Shown here in pieces: positions 48,936 through 59,388 of a stretch of 64,000 bases of DNA. A program made the position numbers and the translations under genes. This stretch comes from an uncultured archaeon (GTDB taxonomy: Archaea; Thermoplasmatota; Thermoplasmata; Thermoplasmatales; Thermoplasmataceae): NCBI GenBank assembly GCA_000965745.1, contig CP009479.1, positions 1,696,001 through 1,760,000 on the forward strand, in the 5' to 3' direction. The notes under the pieces were generated by a model. It was not told the DNA's origin and made no database searches. It was given only the letters and a program-made list of their open reading frames with translations. Within the stretch, counting starts at the first letter, position 1. The number at the start of each line of letters is the position of its first letter.

Positions 48936-50471
48936 TCATTCCGCACTGTAAATTTTTCTTCCTTTCACGTAGGTCTCAAGCACCTTCAAATTGCGAAGTT
49001 CATTGAAGTCCAGGGTCATCGGGTCCATACCCACAACGATGAAGTCGGCCATGTTTCCCTCCCTCAGGGACCCGATTTCGTCATCCAGTACAGCCTTCGC
49101 AGATCCTTCCGTGTAAAGTTCTATGGATTTGCTTACGCTGAGCCTCTCATCATCTGTAACCTGCCCGAGTAAAGTCCCTTCCGATCTCCCCCTGGTTGCT
49201 GCTGCATAAACCGTTTCCCATGGATTCAGCGGCTCAACCGGGGAATCGGTCGACAGTGCCATGTCAAGACCTCTTGAAAGGAGTGTCCTGAAAGGATATG
49301 CCATCTTTGCCCTGGATCTGCCAATCCTGTCCAGGGTCCAGAAGTCTGTAATGATGAAATGTGGCTGCACCACGAGCATCGGCGATATCAACTCAAGCTC
49401 ATCCATCTGGTCCTGCCTGATGAGTGATGCATGCTCGATCCTGTGTTTCCCCTTCAGCTTCCTGTACACTTCTATAACGTTGTCCAGGGCCTTGTCCCCT
49501 ATGGCGTGTGTGGCAATGTGCAGACCTTTTTCCTCGGCTTTTCTTGCAAGCTCCAGCATCTTCGCCTGGCCTGTTATCTCAATTCCACGGTTGTCAGGAT
49601 CATCCCTGTATGAGAACGAAAGCAGTGCGGTCTTGGTCCCCAGGGAACCATCGGCAAAGATCTTCACGCCCACCACCCTCAGCATATCATCATTCTCGAA
49701 TCCCTTGAAGTTGTCAAGTTCATCCGCATTCAGGTAGGCCCTGACCCTCACGTTGAGGCTCCCCTCTCTCCTCATGCGTTCAAGGAACTTCAGGGACCCA
49801 AGTGAGCAGCTCACGAAGCCCACAGTGGTAACTCCCAGCCTCGCAGCCTCATTGAGTGCGTCTATCAGCATAGTACAGCTCTGGTCCTCCTCGCATTTCT
49901 CCTTTATGGCGCGGTCAACGTATTCGAATGCTTTCTCCCTCACCACTCCAGTCAACTCGCCTTCACTCATCTCAAGGTCGCCGGACCTGTGAAACCTGTC
50001 TTTCAGCTCGAGCATATCAATCGCCTTGGTATTCAGCACAGCAGAATGGAGGTCCACCCTGCTCAGGTACACAGGCCTCTCCTTCTCTATCTCTTCAATA
50101 TCCATCCTGGTTGGCATCCTGTGCTCCTTGAACCTGTGCTCGTCCCAGCCATGCCCGATCACCCACCCCATCATGCCATGGGATCCCCTGATCTTTGCCT
50201 GCAGCTCAGTGATGGATGATACGCCTACGAGATCTATCTCGTTAAGGTACTCGCCAAAATTGTCCAGGTGCATGTGTGCGTCGATGAACCCCGGGAGGAT
50301 CACCCTTCCCTTCAAATCAACAACTTCAGCGTCCTTTCCGGCCTTACTGCGCATGCTGCCCTCTTTTCCAAGAGCGGTTATTCTGCCGTCCCGGACAACC
50401 ATCGCCTCGACATGCCCGATCGGATCAAACGATGTAAAAATCTTCGCGTTTGTAAAAATGGTGTCTGCCAT
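48936..50471 (-). CDS. YtcJ-like metal-dependent amidohydrolase (Amidohydro_3)
   Basis: PGFIDAHMH, KIFADGSLG, HAIGD, HRIEHAS, STDSP; start MADTIF with upstream GAGGGG. Confidence 0.88.
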   Translation of the reverse strand: MADTIFTNAKIFTSFDPIGHVEAMVVRDGRITALGKEGSMRSKAGKDAEVVDLKGRVILPGFIDAHMHLDNFGEYLNEIDLVGVSSITELQAKIRGSHGMMGWVIGHGWDEHRFKEHRMPTRMDIEEIEKERPVYLSRVDLHSAVLNTKAIDMLELKDRFHRSGDLEMSEGELTGVVREKAFEYVDRAIKEKCEEDQSCTMLIDALNEAARLGVTTVGFVSCSLGSLKFLERMRREGSLNVRVRAYLNADELDNFKGFENDDMLRVVGVKIFADGSLGTKTALLSFSYRDDPDNRGIEITGQAKMLELARKAEEKGLHIATHAIGDKALDNVIEVYRKLKGKHRIEHASLIRQDQMDELELISPMLVVQPHFIITDFWTLDRIGRSRAKMAYPFRTLLSRGLDMALSTDSPVEPLNPWETVYAAATRGRSEGTLLGQVTDDERLSVSKSIELYTEGSAKAVLDDEIGSLREGNMADFIVVGMDPMTLDFNELRNLKVLETYVKGRKIYSAE

Positions 50472-50542
50472 TCTCCCCCTCTTATGAAAAGTACCTACTA
50501 CCATATTAAGGCTTGAGGCTTAAGATGTAGGCTCAGAACAGT

Positions 50543-51031
50543 TTACTGGCGCCAGACCCTTATTCTCCAGACATAGAGCAGGCTGATGACGTAGTTCAAC
50601 GGATAAGCCGCCAGGGCTCCGCCAATGTTTGCAATGACCGGGTTGATTCCAAAGTTGTAATAGATAAGCAACTGTACAATAATTCCAACAGCACTGCCAG
50701 CCGCGTATATCAGCTCAAACTTGATGAGCCGGATTAACAGGCCCACCCTTTCCCCGCCATGATTGCCCTCATTCCTCACAGTCCACCATTCATTGGCGAG
50801 GAAGCCGAAGGCAACACTGAAGAAGACTGCCGCAACATTGATCGGGATTATGTAGTAAACTCCGAATGCGAAAAGCCCCCATGCAAGGATTGCTTCCTCA
50901 AGGCCAAAGGATATTATGCTCACAGTGGAGAATTTTGATCCTCTTATGATGTTTGAAATCAGTACCCTGTACTTTCCTTTCTCCATGAGTATCATCTCCT
51001 CTTCGGCATGTTTGAGGACCCGACGGCGCAA
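50543..51031 (-). CDS. GtrA-family membrane protein (paralog of 9192..9665)
   Basis: FLANEWWTVRNEGNHGG, KFELIY, NYVIS..YVW. Confidence 0.78.
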   Translation of the reverse strand: MRRRVLKHAEEEMILMEKGKYRVLISNIIRGSKFSTVSIISFGLEEAILAWGLFAFGVYYIIPINVAAVFFSVAFGFLANEWWTVRNEGNHGGERVGLLIRLIKFELIYAAGSAVGIIVQLLIYYNFGINPVIANIGGALAAYPLNYVISLLYVWRIRVWRQ

Positions 51032-51115
51032 CTCAAAGAACGGCCTGCCATGGGCAATATTTATTGCCGCCCAAGCTTAAAAATGTTGCAACTCAAATAT
51101 TCCATAACGTTCGAG

Positions 51116-52294
51116 TCAGCTGGAAGACTTTCCCGGCATAACTGCATTTAAGGCCTCTGCTATTTTGAGCATCTTGCTGTCGTCCCCGGGAGCTCCGCTC
51201 ACCATCAGTCCAGTCGGAAGACCGCTGGCGAATCCTGATGGAATGGATATCGATGGGGCACCCACGACGTTGAAGAGTTCCGTGTTCCTGATCAGGCTTT
51301 CCCTGTAATTTTCCTCATTACCGATAACGTCAAGTATCCTGGGCGCGGTAATGGTGGTTGTCTGCGAAACGATGACATCGTAGTCATACATGACCTCGTT
51401 GAACTGGGCAACCATCTCCTTTCTCAGGGACAGTGCCTCATCATAATCGCTCTTCTCAATACCACTCCCAGACTGCAGAACATTCCTCACATCGGGAAAA
51501 TAATCGCATGCGTGATCCTTCAGCATATCCTTGTGTGCTTCATACCCGTCCCTTGCGGACACAAGCCTCCTGACCCTGTTGCCTTCCTTCTCCAGAAGAG
51601 GTATATTGGCATATTCCGCCGTGGTCCTGCCACTCCCGGACCTGACTTTGTCGAGGAAGGACGAGAAATTCATATCACGCGATTCCCCGAGGATCCCGAT
51701 CTTTATCCCGTCCGAGCTCCAGTCCATATCCTCTATGTTTGGGAATAATTCCCTGGCAACCCATTTCAGGGTCGTAAAGTCCCTGGTGATGAGGCCGGTT
51801 GTTTCCATTATGTCTGAGAATGGAATTTCAGAATCGCTCCTGGCATACATGTTTGACGGCTTGTAGCCAATCACGCCGCAGAGGGAAGCCGGGATGCGTA
51901 TTGATCCACCTGTGTCTGTTCCCACGCCTACATCAACGTAGCCAGCCGCCACTGCAGCAGCCGATCCTCCCGATGATCCCCCGCAGATCCTGTCCATGTC
52001 GAACGGGTTCCTGCATGGCCCCATCACGGAGGATGTGCTGGTTGCACCGACCCCGAATTCATGAAGGTTTGTCTTCCCGGAAATTTCACCACCGTTGAAG
52101 AGGATTGTCTGGGCAGTTTTTGAGTGTTTATCGGCAACATGGTTGAGCATTACCCTAGAACCGGAAGTGCACCTCATGCCCTTTACCGGTATGGAGTCCT
52201 TTATCCCGAAAGTCATCCCGTTGAGGGAGCCTGAATCCCTTTCCTTCACCGATTCTATCGAAATGAAAGAGTTTGTAATGTCCCTTACACCCAT
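51116..52294 (-). CDS. Amidase-signature family amidase
   Basis: IKD, GKTNLHEF, GGSSGGSAAAV, GTDTGGSIRIPAS. Confidence 0.9.
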   Translation of the reverse strand: MGVRDITNSFISIESVKERDSGSLNGMTFGIKDSIPVKGMRCTSGSRVMLNHVADKHSKTAQTILFNGGEISGKTNLHEFGVGATSTSSVMGPCRNPFDMDRICGGSSGGSAAAVAAGYVDVGVGTDTGGSIRIPASLCGVIGYKPSNMYARSDSEIPFSDIMETTGLITRDFTTLKWVARELFPNIEDMDWSSDGIKIGILGESRDMNFSSFLDKVRSGSGRTTAEYANIPLLEKEGNRVRRLVSARDGYEAHKDMLKDHACDYFPDVRNVLQSGSGIEKSDYDEALSLRKEMVAQFNEVMYDYDVIVSQTTTITAPRILDVIGNEENYRESLIRNTELFNVVGAPSISIPSGFASGLPTGLMVSGAPGDDSKMLKIAEALNAVMPGKSSS

Positions 52295-52359
52295 GGCGAT
52301 CTATCAACGACTGGACAATGATTAATTTTGTGTAATCTAGACAACCATGCAAAAAGGTG

Positions 52360-52386
52360 TTTAAAAGAAATAAAAAATAAAAAAAA
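52360..52386 (-). terminator. Oligo-T terminator of SBP paralog 3
   Basis: Long A runs on + (T runs on -) right after the stop at 52387. Confidence 0.5.
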
Positions 52387-55182
52387 TTAGTTGTAGGAAA
52401 GGTAGTTGTAGAAGTAACTACCTGTTCCTGCAATCAGCGGGTTGTCGTTCCACTGAGTTATGGACTGTGAGTCCACGTGGGAGTTGACAACCCTGTTTAC
52501 AACACTCTGGTATAGGTATATGTCCATGGTCATGTTCACCAGTTCTTCGTTCATCCTGTGGAAGTATTTCTCACGTACTGCCTGGTTGCTGGATGCTGTC
52601 GCGTTGTTGTAGTATGACTGCATGTCTGTCAGGTGCTGTGCCTGTGCTGCATATCCGAGGTTATTCGGATTGGAGAGGTTTCCTCCGCCCATCCATCCCG
52701 GAGACATGTAAGTCTGGAATGAAAGGGAGAGGGATGGATATGCAAGCGGCCCAAGGTTGGACGACGGAGTCGTCAGTGAAGGTATCCAGTTGCCCGGGTA
52801 TATTGTCATCGGGTTCTGGCCATTCACGGACAGTGAAAGCCATTCCGGGAATGAAATCTTCACTATTGTCAGCTTGACACCGGGTATGACGTTCTGAAGG
52901 CTGGTCTGCCACGTGCTGATTGCAATTGGCGTGGAGAAATCATTCTTCAGGACGAATACAGGTATGTCAAGAGTCTGGCCGTTGTAAGTTGTAACTCCGT
53001 TTTGTACAGCTATGTTGACCTTGGCGGCATCACTGCTCATGAACTGGTCCCAGTACGTCTTCGCAAGCTGCAGGTTGAAGTAGGGCACATTTCCATTGGT
53101 CGTGCTGTTGAGGTCGGATATGCTCTGGGAGAATCCCATTCCCTGCTCCAGGAAGCCGGCGAATCTCTTGCCCACCTGAAGGTTGGGGTAAGCCGGGTTT
53201 CCGAGCTGGTGCGACAGGTAGTACTTGTAGTTGAACGAATACGCGAACGCCTTCCTTACGCTGTGGTTCGTGAACAGGTTGAATGGAAGGTTGGCCTTCG
53301 ATGTGTATGACTTGTGCAGGAATGATATGTTTATGTTTGTGTTGAAGTTGAACCAGTATATGGCAGGCGTAACAAGGCTCAGTACCTTGACTTTGCCCTG
53401 GTTCTGCATGTTCACAACGGAGCTCCAGTCTGATGTCGGCATCTGGCCTGACTGGGACTGGTTGGACTGAAGCATCAGTGAAATCGTGGACGGTGAGCTT
53501 ACGTAGTCAATGATTATCTTGCTTATCTTTGCCTTGGGGAACCAGGGACCCGGTGAAACGAAGTTCGGGTTTGATACCAGGACAATCTGCGATCCGGGTA
53601 TGACGTATGCAATCTTGTAAGGACCGTCGGACAGCACATGGTTTTCAACGTATGTATTGTAGTGTGGTGCGTTTCCCTGCTGTTCATAGTTCTTGAATCC
53701 TTTCGGAGTCCATGTTATTCCTGCTCCATGCGCCTGCAGCCAGTTTGCGCTTGTCACCTGGCTTCCATAGTTGTCGAAAGTCTGGAACACAAGGTTCGGG
53801 GACTCAGGCTGCTGGAAGTGGAACGAGATTGAATTGGTCGCGTTGTCCACAGTCATGTTGTTTGTTATGTTGTAGAACGTGTTCGTCTTGAGGTAATTGC
53901 CAGGCAGCATCAGCGGCGCCTGTATGTAAGCGGGCGTTGTCGGGGAGCCTCCTGCGAAGAGCAGTGTCCTTGTGAGTGAATACATTACGTCCCATGCTGT
54001 CACCGGCTGGCCGTTCTGCCATTTTGTGTTGTTGCTGATGTAGAACGTGTAGTTCTCATAGGGCTTCAGGTGCACCGTGTACGAAACGCCTGAAGGTGTC
54101 ATTTCGGTGTAGTTCTTTGTGTTGTTGTTGATCATGCCATTTGCAGTTGTTGGAAGCGCTGTTGCAAGCATGGGCTTGAACGTGTTCTCGCTCGATCCGT
54201 TAAACATGACAAGCTGCTGGTATGTATTCATCAGAAGCTCGTAGCTGACCGTGTCGAATACGGTTGCGGGGTCAAGCTTGGAATAACCGCCATTCTCAAG
54301 TTCGGCGTTAACAAGCACCGTTCCGCCGGTCTGTGTCATTACGCTTGCCTTCTGGAACACTGCAACATCGACATAGTATGTGGTGTTGTACTCATTTGCC
54401 TTGTCCAGAGCTCCCGTGGTGCTGTTAAGCATGGGTGCGGTCGTCGTTATTACCTTAAGCGAATACACTCCCTGTTTCAGGCCCGATACGTTCAGGAAGG
54501 AATTCCCCTCGTTGAGTATGTATCCACCCGCTGAACTGTTGAAACTGTATGCGTAGGTATCGTTCTTCACGACCGTTGTGTTCTGGATGATTGACACTTC
54601 CTGGGATATTACCTGGTAAGTCTTGTTTGCAGGCGGCGTGTAATATCCTATCCCGAAGGAAACGTGTGAGCCCGGTGAAAACACGTATGAGTTGTTCACA
54701 AGTTCACTCGATGACGAAGCCCTGTTCAATGTCAGAAGGCCAACGGACTCCTGGGGAGGCTGGGATGTCTGTGTAGCTTCAACGGGTATCAGATTGTTCG
54801 CTCCCGAATAAACCGATCCGCTGTAGTTCACCCTGTAATATATAAAATAATTTCCAGGTGCATTGTAAACGTGTGTTACGTTTAGGTCAGTAGTTCCATT
54901 GAAAGCAAATGTGTGAGAAGAACCGTCCCCGAAGTAAACCTGTACCGAGGAGAAATCCTTCTTCGTGTTTAGCAGGAAGCTGTAGGCACTGCCTACACTG
55001 ACTACCTGCTGTGCGTTAGTGACCGAAGGTGTCGCTGTGTTGTTTCTATTATGTGTTACTATTGCCAGTATCGAAAGACCTGAGACTATTACTATTACGG
55101 CCAAAATGATGGCCAATCTCTTCTTCCTGTTTGGATTCCCGTGGGAAAGTACTGGCTCGTTACTAGAGTCGTTTTTTTCCAT
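52387..55182 (-). CDS. ABC solute-binding protein family 5 with TM and PKD-like domain (paralog 3)
   Basis: YFGDG...HVY, KLDPA, WQNGQPVTAWDVMYSLTRTLLF, SDGPYKI. Confidence 0.85.
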   Translation of the reverse strand: MEKNDSSNEPVLSHGNPNRKKRLAIILAVIVIVSGLSILAIVTHNRNNTATPSVTNAQQVVSVGSAYSFLLNTKKDFSSVQVYFGDGSSHTFAFNGTTDLNVTHVYNAPGNYFIYYRVNYSGSVYSGANNLIPVEATQTSQPPQESVGLLTLNRASSSSELVNNSYVFSPGSHVSFGIGYYTPPANKTYQVISQEVSIIQNTTVVKNDTYAYSFNSSAGGYILNEGNSFLNVSGLKQGVYSLKVITTTAPMLNSTTGALDKANEYNTTYYVDVAVFQKASVMTQTGGTVLVNAELENGGYSKLDPATVFDTVSYELLMNTYQQLVMFNGSSENTFKPMLATALPTTANGMINNNTKNYTEMTPSGVSYTVHLKPYENYTFYISNNTKWQNGQPVTAWDVMYSLTRTLLFAGGSPTTPAYIQAPLMLPGNYLKTNTFYNITNNMTVDNATNSISFHFQQPESPNLVFQTFDNYGSQVTSANWLQAHGAGITWTPKGFKNYEQQGNAPHYNTYVENHVLSDGPYKIAYVIPGSQIVLVSNPNFVSPGPWFPKAKISKIIIDYVSSPSTISLMLQSNQSQSGQMPTSDWSSVVNMQNQGKVKVLSLVTPAIYWFNFNTNINISFLHKSYTSKANLPFNLFTNHSVRKAFAYSFNYKYYLSHQLGNPAYPNLQVGKRFAGFLEQGMGFSQSISDLNSTTNGNVPYFNLQLAKTYWDQFMSSDAAKVNIAVQNGVTTYNGQTLDIPVFVLKNDFSTPIAISTWQTSLQNVIPGVKLTIVKISFPEWLSLSVNGQNPMTIYPGNWIPSLTTPSSNLGPLAYPSLSLSFQTYMSPGWMGGGNLSNPNNLGYAAQAQHLTDMQSYYNNATASSNQAVREKYFHRMNEELVNMTMDIYLYQSVVNRVVNSHVDSQSITQWNDNPLIAGTGSYFYNYLSYN

Positions 55183-55412
55183 AGTATTTCACCAAACAAA
55201 ATCGGAGAAACATAATACCATTCAATAAGTAATTTGTCCTCAAAACAAATTTTTGGTATTTTACTCATTAATTTAAATACTATATCGGATAAATTTATTA
55301 TATACATTTAAGTAAGGGGTAAGAAAATTGTAGAATTGACAATCCCGTTTTATGTTTCCCGAATAAAAGATAAACAGACATTTTGAAATAAAAGGTAGCC
55401 GATCCATGACGT

Positions 55413-56609
55413 ATGTCTCAATTAAGCCTGAACAAGGAAGTGGTAGATTATCTGATCAAGGCAAGAAGACACCTGCACCAGTATCCGGAACTGAGTTTCG
55501 AGGAGCACAGGACAGCGGAATATGTTGAAAGAGAACTGGATTCAATGGGCATCCCGCACAGGAGAATGGCCAAAACAGGTGTGGTGGCAGATATCATGGG
55601 AAAGGAAAAAGGTCCCACAGTGGCACTCAGGGGCGATATGGATGCACTTCCGGTAGAGGAGGACAGTGATCTTCCATTCAAGTCAAAGAACAAAGGGAAG
55701 ATGCATGCCTGCGGACATGATCTGCATACAGCAACGATACTCGCAATAGCAAAGCAGCTTGTTGACAGCAACCTCCCCGTCAGCGGGAATGTCAGGCTCA
55801 TATTCCAGCCGAGTGAAGAGCATGCTCCCGGCGGAGCGCTAAGAATGGTTGAGGAGGGAGTAATGCAGGGCGTTGATTATGTTCTGGGGCAGCACACACA
55901 TCCTAGGATGGAAGCGGGGAAGGTCGGCCTTTACCCGTCAACGATGATGGCCTACACCGATGACTTTTATGTTGAGATAACTGGATCAGGGGGGCATGCA
56001 GGCTATCCTCAGGAAGCGCCGAACCTGGTTCTTCTTGCAGCACAGTTCATTGATACTGTCCAGTCCATAATCTCGGTCGGGAAGGATCCTTTTGACCCTG
56101 CGGTAGTGTCGTTCTGCACCATACATGGCGGGGAAAAGGAGAATATAATCGCCAGGAACATCAAGATCGGCGGGACAATAAGGACTCTTAACCTGAAAAC
56201 AAGGGAGACGATAATGAAGCGCATGGAGACTATGCTGGCAGGAATATGCAATACCTTTGGCGCGGAGTACACCATCGCCCTGGAAGAAGGTTATCCGGCT
56301 CTGACAAATGACCGGGAGGTGACTGGCATTCTTGGCGAAGTGGCAAAAGAGCTTCTTGGTGAAGAGAATGTTTCCTATCCCCTGCCCGACCTTGGCGGGG
56401 AGGACTTCGCCTACTTCACTCAGAAGGTCCCCGGAACCTACTACTATCTCGGTGTCGGAAGAAAGGAGGGAAACGATGACAACATATGGCACAGCCCCAC
56501 ATTCTTCATAAATGAGGAGGCACTGGAAATCGGCGCAACCCTCCTGTACAGGACTGCAATGAAGCTCCTGGAGAAAGAGGGTGCCGAGGGCGGTGGAAGA
56601 ATTGCATAA
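55413..56609 (+). CDS. M20D amidohydrolase/carboxypeptidase
   Basis: RRHLHQYPELSFEE, RGDMDALP, MHACGHD, FQPSEE, GGEDFAY, WHSP. Confidence 0.9.
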   Translation: MSQLSLNKEVVDYLIKARRHLHQYPELSFEEHRTAEYVERELDSMGIPHRRMAKTGVVADIMGKEKGPTVALRGDMDALPVEEDSDLPFKSKNKGKMHACGHDLHTATILAIAKQLVDSNLPVSGNVRLIFQPSEEHAPGGALRMVEEGVMQGVDYVLGQHTHPRMEAGKVGLYPSTMMAYTDDFYVEITGSGGHAGYPQEAPNLVLLAAQFIDTVQSIISVGKDPFDPAVVSFCTIHGGEKENIIARNIKIGGTIRTLNLKTRETIMKRMETMLAGICNTFGAEYTIALEEGYPALTNDREVTGILGEVAKELLGEENVSYPLPDLGGEDFAYFTQKVPGTYYYLGVGRKEGNDDNIWHSPTFFINEEALEIGATLLYRTAMKLLEKEGAEGGGRIA

Positions 56610-57792
56610 ATTCCCGAAGGAAGAGTATCTTGAAAGGATTGAGAAGCTCATGGGACTGATGGAAGAGAAGGGCGTTGACTCAGTTTACCTCTCTTCCGGG
56701 ATATCATTCGCATATTTCACGGGTTTTGCCTATCTGGCGACTGAAAGGCCGGCGTGCATGATAATAACCAAGAAGGGGGGCATCACCTTCATGGGGCCCT
56801 CCGTGGAGAAGGACCACCTTTTCAGCCAGACCGATCTTGTATCTGAAATCAGGACCTATCTCGACTACCCCGGGGATGAGCACCCGGAGGTGCTGTTCTC
56901 AAGGTGGATAAAGGAACTGAAACTGCCTTCAAGGATGGGTGTTGAATCCATGCAGTTCTACCCGTCCGCATATGGGTATGAAGGCCCAGAGATCAGGGAA
57001 GGGCTGCCAGATCTCACATTGGTGCCAATGGGGAGTGATATCTACAGGCTAAGGAGGATCAAGAGCGACAATGAGATTGAGGCCATAAGGGAGACCATAA
57101 AATGGGGCAATCTTGCACACACCTACCTGCAGGACTACTCCGCAGATAGAAGATACGAATTCGAGGTTTCAGTTGAAGCATCCCTTGAGGCATCGATCGC
57201 AATGAAGAGAACTCTCGGGAAGAGCTACACGCAGAAGAGGTTCCTCAGCACTCCAGTTGAAGCGGTCTTCATGGGCCAGCTTGGAGAGCATTCCGCATAT
57301 CCGCACTCAATCAGTGCAGACAGGCCCATGAAACATGGCGATATTCTCGGAACGTGGGCATACGCCGATGTTGAAGGCTATTTCTCGGAACTGGAGAGGA
57401 ACATGTTCCTCGGGGAGCCTGATCCCAAAACATACGAGTTTCACCAGCTTCTCCTCAAGCTCCAGCAGACAGCCTTCGATGCAATAGTTCCAGGCGCCAG
57501 GGGATCTGACGTCGACAGGGCGGTCCATAAATTTGCGAAGGATCACGACCTTGAAAAATACCTGAGGCACCATTCCGGCCATAACATAGGACTGGAGATG
57601 CACGAGGCACCTTTCCTTGATGTGGGCGACCACACGCCGATCATGCCGGGAATGGTTTTCAGCGTGGAACCGGGGATCTATGTGCCAAAGCTTGGTGGAT
57701 TCAGGCATTCAGACACAGTAGCAATGAGGGAGGATGGCCCTGAAATACTGACCTACTACCCGAGGGAGACGGTGGAACTGATTATAGAATAG
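56581..57792 (+). CDS. M24 (Xaa-Pro peptidase/creatinase-fold) protein
   Basis: Creatinase_N-like N-terminus, RRIKS..EI, GYFSELER, HHSGHNIGLEMHE, EPGIY, GFRHSDTV. Confidence 0.82.
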   Translation: MPRAVEELHKFPKEEYLERIEKLMGLMEEKGVDSVYLSSGISFAYFTGFAYLATERPACMIITKKGGITFMGPSVEKDHLFSQTDLVSEIRTYLDYPGDEHPEVLFSRWIKELKLPSRMGVESMQFYPSAYGYEGPEIREGLPDLTLVPMGSDIYRLRRIKSDNEIEAIRETIKWGNLAHTYLQDYSADRRYEFEVSVEASLEASIAMKRTLGKSYTQKRFLSTPVEAVFMGQLGEHSAYPHSISADRPMKHGDILGTWAYADVEGYFSELERNMFLGEPDPKTYEFHQLLLKLQQTAFDAIVPGARGSDVDRAVHKFAKDHDLEKYLRHHSGHNIGLEMHEAPFLDVGDHTPIMPGMVFSVEPGIYVPKLGGFRHSDTVAMREDGPEILTYYPRETVELIIE

Positions 57793-57831
57793 ACTGAGCA
57801 CCCATCACCTTATTTCTGATTGTATGCGACT

Positions 57832-59388
57832 TCATTCTGCACCGTAGCCGCCACCGCCCGGGGTCTCAACAACAACTTCATCACCGGGCATGAGGGTTGT
57901 GGTGAACTTCCCGGGCATATCTTCAATCTTTCCATCCCTTATTATCCTGATTCTTGAACCCTCTCCGGCGGTTCCCCCCTCAAGCCCCCATGGCCTGGTC
58001 CTGAACCTTTCCCCGATCACTGACAGGGAACATTCCTCCGTTACCCTGAATGACCTTACTATGCCATCTCCTCCCCTGTATCTTCCTGAACCGCCACTTC
58101 TTTCCCTGAGATTGTTCGAAGTGAAAACAAGCGGGTATTCCATCTCGGCAATCTCCACAGGTGTATTCAGCGTGTTAGTCATGTTGGAATGCACACCTGA
58201 GACTCCATTTCCTGAGGGCCTGGCACCAGACCCACCGCCAATGGTCTCGTAATAAGCCCAATAATCTCCGTTGCTCCTTCTTCCACCAAGCATTACGTTC
58301 ATCATGGTCCCTGAGGAAGCCGCCGGAACTGAACCTTCTAGGGCACTGCTCATTGCGAGCAGTACAACATCGGCCACACGCTGCGTCGTCTCGACATTCC
58401 CGCCACCCACTGCAAAAGGCTTGCCGGGATTGAGCAGCGATCCCTCAGGCGCAAAGAATTCCACAGTCTCGTAAAAGCCATGATTGGTGGGGATATCCGA
58501 ACCGATGAGGCTCCTTATCACAAAGGCAGTAGCAGAATATGCCACCCCCGGAACAGCATTGAGTGGCTTCCTGACCTGGCTGCTTGTGCCGGTGAAATCG
58601 GCCAGAACCCGGCCGTTACCGATTGAAACTCTTACCTTGAGGGGAATATTCTCCTCATCCAGTTCGAGGTAATCAACAGCCTCATAGACGCCTTCTGGCC
58701 ACCCTCCAATCTCCTTTTCCGCAAGTTCCCTGGAGTGCCCGACTGCCTGTGACCAGGCATCAAGGACATTTCCCTCGCCAAAACGCTTGAAGAGGGAGAC
58801 CACCCTGTTTATTCCCATCCTGCTGGCAGCCATCTGGGCGTTAACATCACCCACAGCAGTAAGCGGGTCCTTGAAATTCTCCCTTATGATCGACAATATT
58901 TCATTGTCCAGGATTCCACGCTTCAGGATCTTAACAGGGGGAATCACCATGCCTTCCTCATGAAGCGTTGCCGCCGATGGATTGAGGCTCCCGGGTATTG
59001 GGCCGCCCACATCCACATTATGCGCCTTGTTGATTACATACGCGAGCAGACGGTCATCAACGTAGACTGGCGCAATAACTGTAACATCATTGAGATGCGT
59101 TCCTGAGATATACGGGTCATTGAGGATAAGCATGTCTCCGTCATCAAGTGAAATTCTGTTCTTTTCCATCCACCTCATGATGTTTTCTGCGCCTATCTTG
59201 AATGATCCAAGATGCACGGGTATGTGTTCCGCCTGGGCCACAATCCTTCCCTGTAGGTCAAGGACAGCACAGCTGTGGTCCATTCTTTCCCTTATATTCG
59301 GTGATATGGCGGACCGCTTGAGTGCTATTCCCATTTCCTCTGCGATGAACTCAGTTGCCTTTCCTATCAGTTCCCATTTCACGCCCAT
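57832..59388 (-). CDS. Hydantoinase B / 5-oxoprolinase subunit
   Basis: SPNIRERMDHSC, HIPVHLGS, NDPY..GTHLND, YYETIGGG, NTPVE, ETPGGGGYG. Confidence 0.92.
   Translation of the reverse strand: MGVKWELIGKATEFIAEEMGIALKRSAISPNIRERMDHSCAVLDLQGRIVAQAEHIPVHLGSFKIGAENIMRWMEKNRISLDDGDMLILNDPYISGTHLNDVTVIAPVYVDDRLLAYVINKAHNVDVGGPIPGSLNPSAATLHEEGMVIPPVKILKRGILDNEILSIIRENFKDPLTAVGDVNAQMAASRMGINRVVSLFKRFGEGNVLDAWSQAVGHSRELAEKEIGGWPEGVYEAVDYLELDEENIPLKVRVSIGNGRVLADFTGTSSQVRKPLNAVPGVAYSATAFVIRSLIGSDIPTNHGFYETVEFFAPEGSLLNPGKPFAVGGGNVETTQRVADVVLLAMSSALEGSVPAASSGTMMNVMLGGRRSNGDYWAYYETIGGGSGARPSGNGVSGVHSNMTNTLNTPVEIAEMEYPLVFTSNNLRERSGGSGRYRGGDGIVRSFRVTEECSLSVIGERFRTRPWGLEGGTAGEGSRIRIIRDGKIEDMPGKFTTTLMPGDEVVVETPGGGGYGAE

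Noticed and set aside
51116-52294. gatA (Glu-tRNA amidotransferase A)
   Set aside because: Short, lacks GatA-specific segments, no gatB/gatC nearby; called a generic amidase
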